32,000 bases of DNA, from positions 2,100,001-2,132,000 of the forward strand of contig NC_014972.1 in NCBI RefSeq assembly GCF_000186885.1, read 5' to 3'. Numbering within the stretch: the first letter of the stretch is position 1; each line of letters starts with the position of its first letter. This document shows, piece after piece, positions 20,567 to 27,411 of this stretch. The DNA is from Desulfobulbus propionicus DSM 2032 (GTDB lineage: Bacteria > Desulfobacterota > Desulfobulbia > Desulfobulbales > Desulfobulbaceae). Under the pieces are notes generated by a model. The model was not told the DNA's origin. It saw nothing but the letters and a program-made list of their open reading frames with translations, and ran no database searches. The position numbers were made by a program, and so were the translations under genes.

Positions 20567-21838
20567 TTAACGTATCAGGTTCACCAGTTCGTCCAGCATC
20601 TCGTTGGTGGTGGTGATGACCTTGGAATTGGCGGAGTAGGCGTTCTGGATGGTGATCAGATCGACGAATTCCGTGGCCAGATCGACGTTGGAAAGTTCCA
20701 GCGCCTGGGTGATCAGGGTCCCCTGGGAGGCGCCGGGGTAGCCGATGGTCGGCGTGCCCGACTCGCCGGTCTCCCGGTACAGACTGCTGCCCACCGCATC
20801 GAGGCCGTCGCTGTTAATGAAGGTGGCCAGGGCGATCATCGCCACCGGGATGGTCTCGCCGTTGGAATACACGGCGCTGACCGTGCCGTCGGCGGCGATA
20901 TCGACATCCGTGACCTCGCCGGAAGCGTAGCCATCCTGATCCTGGGAAAAGACCGTGGAATCGCTATCGAACTGGGTGGTGTCAAAGACATAGGCGAGCT
21001 GTTGCGTCTGGTCGGCGCCGTTGGCCCAGGTGAGGATGCCGCTGGTGGTAGTGCCGGTGCTGCCGGTGGACAGGTTGCCGTCCTGGTCGAACACCAGGGT
21101 GCCACTGCCGATGATTTCGAGCACGCCGCTGGTGCCGCCGGTCAGGTCCGCGCCGTCCACGGTCAGGTTCCAGTTCCACGTCTGGTCGTTGACCTTGGTG
21201 AAATAGCAGGTGAGCAGATGGGCAGTGCCCAATGAGTCGTAGACGGTGGTGGTGGTGGCGTAGTTGGAGGTGTCTTCCGGCGCGGTGCTGTCGAACACAC
21301 CGGCATTGAGCACCTCCGAGTTGGAATCGAGATTGGTTTGCAGGGTGACGTTTTCCGTCCGCTTGGCTTTGATCTGCGACACCAGATCCACCTGGATGTC
21401 GCTCAAATTGCCGCTGGCGAGCACGCCGTTGGCGTTATAGGTCGAGCCCTGTACCCGATAGCCGTCGGCGGTCACCAAATAACCGTCGTCGTCAAAACTG
21501 AAGTTGCCGTTGCGGGTGTAGAGGCTGGTGTCGCTCAGGGGATCGCCGACGATGAAGAAGCCGCTGCCCTCGATGGCGATGTCGGTGGCGCTCTCCGTGG
21601 ACTCGAAGCCGCCCTGACTGAAGCTGGTCTGGACGGTCTGCACCTGCGAGCCGCGCCCGACCTGGGAATTGCCGCTGGAGCTGGCGATGTTGGCCGACAG
21701 CAGGTCCGAGAAAACGGTTGAGCTGGTCTTGAAACCAACGGTACTGCTGTTGGCGATGTTGTTGCCGGTGACGGTCATGGCCTGCGAACTGCCTTGCAGG
21801 CCGCTGATCGCCGTGAAGAGCGCGCTGGAAAGTCCCAT
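20567..21838 (-). CDS. flgE: Flagellar hook protein FlgE
   Basis: N-terminus MGLSSALFTAISGLQGSSQAMTVTGNNIANSSTVGFK and C-terminus LELSNVDLATEFVDLITIQNAYSANSKVITTTNEMLDELVNLIR. SD GGAGGA. Confidence 0.92.
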   Translation of the reverse strand: MGLSSALFTAISGLQGSSQAMTVTGNNIANSSTVGFKTSSTVFSDLLSANIASSSGNSQVGRGSQVQTVQTSFSQGGFESTESATDIAIEGSGFFIVGDPLSDTSLYTRNGNFSFDDDGYLVTADGYRVQGSTYNANGVLASGNLSDIQVDLVSQIKAKRTENVTLQTNLDSNSEVLNAGVFDSTAPEDTSNYATTTTVYDSLGTAHLLTCYFTKVNDQTWNWNLTVDGADLTGGTSGVLEIIGSGTLVFDQDGNLSTGSTGTTTSGILTWANGADQTQQLAYVFDTTQFDSDSTVFSQDQDGYASGEVTDVDIAADGTVSAVYSNGETIPVAMIALATFINSDGLDAVGSSLYRETGESGTPTIGYPGASQGTLITQALELSNVDLATEFVDLITIQNAYSANSKVITTTNEMLDELVNLIR

Positions 21839-22062
21839 TGTTCCTCCGTTGCCCCGGTTCCCCTGGCGGACATCCTTCGTGGCTGTCCGCCAAGCGGCCG
21901 GGTTCCGCCAAGGTGACCGACCTGCTGTCGGCCCTGAGCGCGTCCGTGCATGCCTCGCCGCTCCTTCCTGGAACGTTCCTGTCCAAATTCAGGAGGTGCA
22001 GAACAATTCATCTGACAAGGCCGCCCTTCCCTGGCGGGTGTCGCCCTCATCTCCCTGTCAGG

Positions 22063-22091
22063 GTATCGGCTGGAGAACATTATATTTTTTA
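22063..22091 (-). promoter_or_regulatory. Candidate sigma-28 (FliA)-type promoter upstream of flgE
   Basis: On the minus strand: TAAA (22091-22088), 17-nt spacer, GCCGATAC (22070-22063). The -10 matches GCCGATAA at 7 of 8 positions. The spacer is 2 nt longer than the consensus 15. It would give a leader of about 220 nt. Confidence 0.25.
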
Positions 22092-22186
22092 TTGTGATTT
22101 CGTAACATTACCCACCAATTACGTGACAGTTGGTTACCAAACGATGCGGATGTAACATCCTGTTGATCCCCTCTGGCCGGCACGGC

Positions 22187-22230
22187 AAAAAAAAGAGCGG
22201 CACTCCTTGACCAACGGAGTGCCGCTCTTT
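22187..22230 (-). terminator. Rho-independent terminator after the OmpR-family regulator gene
   Basis: On the minus strand, AGAGCGGCACTCC / GGAGTGCCGCTCT form a 13-bp perfect stem (22194-22206 with 22216-22228). The stem is followed by a run of 8 T (A-run 22187-22194 on the + strand). Confidence 0.8.
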
Positions 22231-22318
22231 GCAGAAAAATCGATTAGTTAGACTGTTACGACAAAAATATCATCATTTGGCTGAATATCGCCGTCCCGAA
22301 AAAGGGACCGAGGGGGAT

Positions 22319-23017
22319 TCAGTGCTCGGCGGCAAACAAGTAGCCGGTACCGCGCACGGTCTTGATCACGGTCGCGAGGTTGGAATACGGGGCCATCTTC
22401 GAGCGAATGCGGGCGACATACATGTCGATGGAACGATCGTAGCCATTGTATTCGATGCCGAAGACCGCCTTGTACAGATGGTCCCGATCCAGGGTGGTGC
22501 AGGCGTTGTTCGCCAAGTGCCAGAGCAGATCGAATTCCCGGGAGGTAAAGGGAATCTCCTCGCCCAGATAGGAGGCCCGGCGCAGGCCACGGTTGATTTC
22601 GAGGCCGTTGAACAGCAGGTTTTCCGGGGTGGGCCGGCGGCCGTTGCGGCGAAACAGGGCGCGGATACGGGCCAACATCAGCAGATGATTGACCGGCTTG
22701 ACCAGGAGATCGTCAACCCCCTGTTCATAGAGCAGTACCTGAAGCATGTCGTCGATCTGCTCGATCAGCAGCATCAGCGGCCCGGTATACACCGACCTGA
22801 CACGAGGAAAGGTTGACAGCTCTTCCAGGCTGAACCTGCCTCGGTCAAAAACCAACAGTTCGGCACCGCGCAGATCCCCCCCATCGAGAGCCTCGTGGTT
22901 TCCGTTGCGGACCTCGACGGCAAATTCTTCCTGCCGCAAGGTATCGATCAGCGGCCGGGCCCCTGATTCGTTCATGGTGACAAACACAATGGAATGGCGG
23001 GGTTCGTTGACCTTCAT
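22319..23017 (-). CDS. OmpR/PhoB-family response regulator with degenerate receiver domain
   Basis: The C-terminal winged helix has TSREFDLLWHL, DRSIDMYVARIRSK and IKTVRGTGYLF. The N-terminal receiver-like fold keeps LLVFD (Asp58) and LLVKP (Lys107). It has TM in place of the acidic DD/ED pair and Ile in place of the conserved Thr/Ser. Confidence 0.85.
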   Translation of the reverse strand: MKVNEPRHSIVFVTMNESGARPLIDTLRQEEFAVEVRNGNHEALDGGDLRGAELLVFDRGRFSLEELSTFPRVRSVYTGPLMLLIEQIDDMLQVLLYEQGVDDLLVKPVNHLLMLARIRALFRRNGRRPTPENLLFNGLEINRGLRRASYLGEEIPFTSREFDLLWHLANNACTTLDRDHLYKAVFGIEYNGYDRSIDMYVARIRSKMAPYSNLATVIKTVRGTGYLFAAEH

Positions 23018-23224
23018 GACTGTCCATCCTCAAAGCGGCGCGGGCGATATATCCATGAGATATGGGGCATCTCCGCGCGGGGTAGTATTCATCGGTGTTC
23101 CTCTGCCGTCTCCGCCCATCATACGAGGGAATGACGGCTTTTTCTGTAAAGTAATCGTTAAGCTGTGCAAAATTTCGTTACACACCAGCCGCGGATCGGC
23201 GGCACGTTCCACGAACGGGAGAAC

Positions 23225-23262
23225 AAAAAAAGCCGAGGTCAACGCGAGCGCGTCGCCTCGGC
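23225..23262 (-). terminator. Rho-independent terminator after fliD
   Basis: On the minus strand, GCCGAGG (23262-23256) pairs with CCTCGGC (23238-23232), with a GC-rich inner stem. A run of 7 T follows (A-run 23225-23231 on +). It lies 29 nt after the fliD stop. Confidence 0.75.
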
Positions 23263-23290
23263 GCGAGCAGTCCTTGGCATGCCGAGCAGG

Positions 23291-24577
23291 TCAATCGGAG
23301 GAGTTGTAGCTTGCAAAGAAACTGGTCAGATAATCTCCCTGGGAATTGAGACTGCTGATCAGGGTTTCCATGGCGGAAAACTGGGCTTCCAGGGTTTCCT
23401 GCCGCTTTTCCAGCCGCGTTTCCATGGCGGTGATCCGATCGTCCAGATCAGAAATCTGTTTCTCGATCGAAGTTTCCTTGGTCACGAGAAAACCGCTGGT
23501 GGCGTCGAGCTGTTCGGTCAAATATTCGTCCAATCTGTTCATCATGCCCTCGCTGTCGTCATCTCCCAGCAAGGCGGTCGTGACCCTCCCGGAATCCTTG
23601 GCATAGGCATCGCTGAAGGTATCGCTGTCAAAACTCAATTCTCCGGTTTCCCAATCCGTGGAAAGCCCCAGGGCGACCAGATCGCCGCCGGTCAGATAGT
23701 TGCGCAGGCTGCGCTGCACTGTTTTCATCGAATTGGCCAGGGTGGAATCGGATGCGTAGATGGTGTCGATGTAGGTGTTGATGGCATTGTAGGCCTCGAC
23801 CATCGCCTGCAGTTGGGTGGCGATCACCTCTTCGGCGTCGGAGGCGATGCTGACGTTGTCGGCGCTGTCGTCGCTGACGGCAAGCAGGGTGATGGTCGAC
23901 CCCTTGATCGCATTGGTGACCGTGTTGCTGGAACTGTAGTAATCGACCCCATCCACCACCAGATGGGCCTTGGTGCCCGTCACCGCGTGCCCGTTGGCCG
24001 CCGTGTCCAGTTCGACGCTGCCGGTTCCGCTGATGGCAATTTCCTCGCCTGCGGTGTCGGCGGTCAGCATCAACCGATAGCCGCCACCCGTGCCGTCATC
24101 GATGATCGAGGCGGTGACGCCGTAGTCGCCCTCATTGAGCAGATCGACGAGGTCGCTGAGCGTGACGTTGTCATAGTCGAGAGTTTCGCCGCCGATCTCC
24201 AGGGAACCGCTTAAGGCGGTGGTATCGGTGTCGACGATGTAATTGGTGCCGACATCCTTTTGCTGCTGGGCCAGACTGACGATCTCCACCGCATAGGTGC
24301 CTTCGTTGGCCAGGCTGGTGGTGCTGATGGTGAAATACTCCGAGCCGTTGTTGGTCACTTCGAAGGAGTTGAGGTCGTTTTCATCGTTGAGCCCCGTGAC
24401 CGAGGCATAGAAACTATCGAGCAGGGTATTGAACTCGGTGTAGGTGTCCAGCTTGGTTTCCAGATAGGTCTGGGTGTTTTCCATCGTAGTGATGGGCGCG
24501 CTTTCGATCTCGATGAGGGACTCGATGATCGAGGCCGTATCGATGCCGCTGGCCAGGCCGGAAAATGTGACGGACAT
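23291..24577 (-). CDS. fliD: Flagellar filament capping protein FliD
   Basis: N-terminus MSVTFSGLASGIDTASIIESLIEIESAPI (conserved FliD N-domain). The C-terminal coiled coil is ISDLDDRITAMETRLEKRQETLEAQFSAMETLIS. SD AGGAGG. Confidence 0.92.
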   Translation of the reverse strand: MSVTFSGLASGIDTASIIESLIEIESAPITTMENTQTYLETKLDTYTEFNTLLDSFYASVTGLNDENDLNSFEVTNNGSEYFTISTTSLANEGTYAVEIVSLAQQQKDVGTNYIVDTDTTALSGSLEIGGETLDYDNVTLSDLVDLLNEGDYGVTASIIDDGTGGGYRLMLTADTAGEEIAISGTGSVELDTAANGHAVTGTKAHLVVDGVDYYSSSNTVTNAIKGSTITLLAVSDDSADNVSIASDAEEVIATQLQAMVEAYNAINTYIDTIYASDSTLANSMKTVQRSLRNYLTGGDLVALGLSTDWETGELSFDSDTFSDAYAKDSGRVTTALLGDDDSEGMMNRLDEYLTEQLDATSGFLVTKETSIEKQISDLDDRITAMETRLEKRQETLEAQFSAMETLISSLNSQGDYLTSFFASYNSSD

Positions 24578-24636
24578 GACGATTACCTCCTGTGCATTGC
24601 GCTGCTCCAGAGAAGGGAGCAGCTGTTCCTGGGAAA

Positions 24637-24664
24637 GTATCGCCCATACCTGGCGCGTATTTTA
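24637..24664 (-). promoter_or_regulatory. Candidate sigma-28 (FliA)-type promoter for fliD
   Basis: On the minus strand: TAAA (24664-24661), 16-nt spacer, GGCGATAC (24644-24637), which matches GCCGATAA at 6 of 8 positions. It lies about 60 nt upstream of the fliD ATG, and fliD is a typical class III gene. The leader contains an 8-bp hairpin GCTGCTCC/GGAGCAGC. Confidence 0.4.
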
Positions 24665-25016
24665 TGGGGAAACGGTCAAAATCGTGGCTGTTGTGTCGCG
24701 AAAAAATAGCAACGTGCTGCATGGGTAACAACAGGTTGCACGGCTACCTGCTCGACGGCGAAGAGAGCATTCGCGTCAATGAATCGAAAAGACGAACAAG
24801 GGGTGCTCGATGGATGAGCAGCGGTGTGCATGGCGGCAACGCGGGATAAACGTTCTATCCCCCGTGTCTTGTCGGATACAGGACAACTTGAAAACGAATT
24901 GAAATGAGCGGCAGGACCAGCCTGGAAGACGGGTGTTCGAAGAATTGTGCGAGAGGAGGGGTGCGGGATGGAAACGACGCCCCGCGGCCAGCGGAGGGAG
25001 AAGCCGACATCGGCAA

Positions 25017-25054
25017 CCTCCCCCATCTCGCGGCGACCGGCGGGATGGGGGAGG
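25017..25054 (-). terminator. Strong hairpin just after the porin stop (probable terminator, weak U-tract)
   Basis: CCTCCCCCATC (25017-25027) pairs perfectly with GATGGGGGAGG (25044-25054), an 11-bp stem that begins 8 nt downstream of the stop at 25062. On the minus strand the trailing sequence is only TTGCC. Confidence 0.4.
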
Positions 25055-25061
25055 AAAAGGA

Positions 25062-26420
25062 TCAGAATTTAACGCACCCGAACAGCATCATGTACGACCA
25101 GTTGTCGTCACCGCCGGTAAGTTGCCGTGCCGCGTCATCCGGATTGGCGATGGCGCCGACCAGGGACAGCGACAGGTTGTCGTTGACCGCCCAGTCGACG
25201 ATCAGATTGTACTCGTCGGCATAGTCGTCGCTGGTCAGGCCGTCGGCCTCGTGAACCATGAATTGATAATAGATCAGGTTGACGGTCACCGGATCGATCG
25301 GCTGCACCTTCAAGCGCAGCATGTGGGAATCCAGATTTTCGTTCCACAAGGCGTATTCACCCAGAATCTCGCCCTGATACCAGCTGCCCCAATCCGACGA
25401 ACCATAGAAGAGGGAATCATACTCCTCGTCAAAGCTTGCATAGCGGTAGGAAAGAGTCGGTTTCCACGCAAGGGTCTCGAACTGGTAACTGGCGGTGAGA
25501 TGCCAGGCATTGCCGTTTCCGTAGCTGGTCCCCGCATCGCTATTGGCATCCTCATGCACGTATTCCGCATCGAACCGCAACGGTTTCAGGGCCGCGATCC
25601 CGTCGGCAAAGGCAAAGGGATGGATGCCGCCACGAATGTCGTACACCTGCATGGAATCCCGTTTTCCCATGTCGGAGTCGATCGAATAGAATCCGCCGCC
25701 GAGCGAGGCGACGTTTTCCACCGCGTATTCCACGTTGGCGCCACCAACCTTGGTATCCGATTCCGCACGGTCATCGGCTTGAAAATAGACCAGGTCGCCG
25801 GACCAGTTACCGCTCTTCATGCGTATAATGCCGGCATATTCGGCGCTGTTGCGGCCGCCGATCCAGTACGCGGCTCGATTGTATCCCGCATAACCTTCAT
25901 TGGAGAAGAGAAAGCCGTCGCCAAGAACGTACCGCTGGCGGCCAAAGGAGATATCGAGGAAATCCTCGCCCAGGGAACTGAACAGGTTGCCCGAGCGCCA
26001 ACCGGCATAGGCGTTGTCAATGCGCAGATCATCGACATCGCCGTATTCGACGTTGGTGCCGCCGGCATCGATGCCGCCAAAGGTGTTGGCCTGCACCGCG
26101 TCGATCCTGCCGTAGAGGGTCTGGGTACTGGGCAGGGTGAAGCTGGCTTCGAGGCCGGGACGAATGAGGGATTCCCACCAGGAATCCGATTTTTTACCCA
26201 GATTGTCTTCCGATTTGCCGAACCAGGAGTTGTCCTGAGTGAAAAAACCGAGGTTGGCTTCAAGGGTCACCTTGGCATAACTGCCGTTTTCTCCGGTATA
26301 AAACTGGAGGGGGCTGGTTTGCTCGGCGTCATCGGCCTGGGCATTGCCGGCCATCAGCGTGGCTGACAGCAGGAGGGAGGCGCAGGCTGCCGTGAGCTGG
26401 AATGTGGAATGGTGGTTCAT
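25062..26420 (-). CDS. Outer-membrane beta-barrel porin (possibly alginate-export/AlgE-like family)
   Basis: Signal peptide ...LLLSATLMAGNAQA. Alternating amphipathic beta-strand pattern with abundant Tyr, Gly and Asp. The C-terminal residue is Phe (...MMLFGCVKF). SD AAGGAGAG. The family assignment is a guess from motifs such as SDWGSWYQGEILGEY. Confidence 0.75.
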   Translation of the reverse strand: MNHHSTFQLTAACASLLLSATLMAGNAQADDAEQTSPLQFYTGENGSYAKVTLEANLGFFTQDNSWFGKSEDNLGKKSDSWWESLIRPGLEASFTLPSTQTLYGRIDAVQANTFGGIDAGGTNVEYGDVDDLRIDNAYAGWRSGNLFSSLGEDFLDISFGRQRYVLGDGFLFSNEGYAGYNRAAYWIGGRNSAEYAGIIRMKSGNWSGDLVYFQADDRAESDTKVGGANVEYAVENVASLGGGFYSIDSDMGKRDSMQVYDIRGGIHPFAFADGIAALKPLRFDAEYVHEDANSDAGTSYGNGNAWHLTASYQFETLAWKPTLSYRYASFDEEYDSLFYGSSDWGSWYQGEILGEYALWNENLDSHMLRLKVQPIDPVTVNLIYYQFMVHEADGLTSDDYADEYNLIVDWAVNDNLSLSLVGAIANPDDAARQLTGGDDNWSYMMLFGCVKF

Positions 26421-26640
26421 TGACTTGATCTCTCCTTGAGTGGGTGAACGTGACGCGGTGTGCGAAGTCGGGCTGCGTACATGGAACTCCGCAGCTGAAC
26501 ATGAATAGCCAATGTTAATTATCCGCTTTAATACCGGTTAATTAAAAGCCAAAAACATGCGTTGCCATTGAAAAAAACAGGCACAATACCACACTGGCGT
26601 CATCGTCACAAGAGACAAAAAAATGGAGAGAGACGGCACC

Positions 26641-27324
26641 TCAGCGACAGAACAGTTCCAGCAGATGCCTGTCCTCGTTGGCTGCGGGGGGAACGTATGC
26701 CAAGGGGTCCACCGGATCCCGGGAGGAGATCGGCGTCGGCAGCATGTCCTGACGACTGGCGAACAGATCGAGAAACAGGTCGCAGAGATCGGGGTGAAAC
26801 TGGGTGCCTCGGTTGCGCTCGATTTCCACGAACGCCTGTTCCACGGTCAGAGCCGATTTGTAGGGCCGGAAGGTGGTCATGGCGTCAAAAGAATCGGCCA
26901 GGGCAATGATCGCCGATTCCAGGGGAATTTGATCGTGACGGAGGTTGTCCGGATATCCCTTGCCATCGAACCGTTCATGGTGGTGGCGGATAATGGCGCC
27001 CAGTTTTTCCAGTCCGGGCAGGTTGTCAAAAATAGAGGCACCGATCACCGCATGCTGCTGCATCACCTGGTATTCGGCCGGACTCAACTTGCCCGACTTC
27101 ATCAGGATGCCCTCGGCGATGCCGATCTTGCCGATATCATGAAGGTGCCCCAGCACATGGATAGAATCGCAGTGTTCTTTCGACAGATGCAGTCCCTTGC
27201 CAATCAGTTCGGCGATCTCGGAAACCCTCCGTGAATGGCCAGCGGTGTACACATCCTTGATTTCGATGGTCCGGGTCAGACTTTCAATGAACAGGTGAAA
27301 ATCAATGTTATTCAAACAGGCCAT
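26641..27324 (-). CDS. Stand-alone HD-GYP domain protein (putative c-di-GMP phosphodiesterase)
   Basis: HSRRV, GHLHDIGKIGI and HHHERFDGKGYPDNL (HD and GYP signatures), plus ALADSFDAMTTFRPY. I chose the ATG at 27324 with SD GGAGAA. The track's TTG at 27375 lies inside the upstream terminator. Confidence 0.88.
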   Translation of the reverse strand: MACLNNIDFHLFIESLTRTIEIKDVYTAGHSRRVSEIAELIGKGLHLSKEHCDSIHVLGHLHDIGKIGIAEGILMKSGKLSPAEYQVMQQHAVIGASIFDNLPGLEKLGAIIRHHHERFDGKGYPDNLRHDQIPLESAIIALADSFDAMTTFRPYKSALTVEQAFVEIERNRGTQFHPDLCDLFLDLFASRQDMLPTPISSRDPVDPLAYVPPAANEDRHLLELFCR

Positions 27325-27350
27325 GCGGTTCTCCGCGCCCAAGCGCGCAC

Positions 27351-27397
27351 AATGAAAAACAACACTCCGGGACAAAGGCGGCGCTTCTCCCGGAGTG
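27351..27397 (-). terminator. Rho-independent terminator after the coiled-coil porin gene
   Basis: On the minus strand, CACTCCGGGA (27397-27388) pairs with TCCCGGAGTG (27372-27363), a 10-bp perfect stem. TTGTTTTTCATT follows. It begins 14 nt after the porin stop. Confidence 0.75.
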
Positions 27398-27411
27398 CAC
27401 TATGGGTGAGA

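Noticed and set aside
24676-25026. The 116-aa minus-strand ORF upstream of fliD as a possible flaG.
   Set aside because: Its composition is Ser/Pro/Arg-rich and it has no SD. It overlaps the porin terminator hairpin and shows no resemblance to FlaG.
26421-26640. A c-di-GMP (GEMM) riboswitch in the leader of the porin gene downstream of the HD-GYP gene.
   Set aside because: None of the conserved GEMM elements is present on the minus strand (for example ACGCAAAGC, or a GGCAAACC-type tetraloop-receptor context). There is only a simple 6-bp hairpin.
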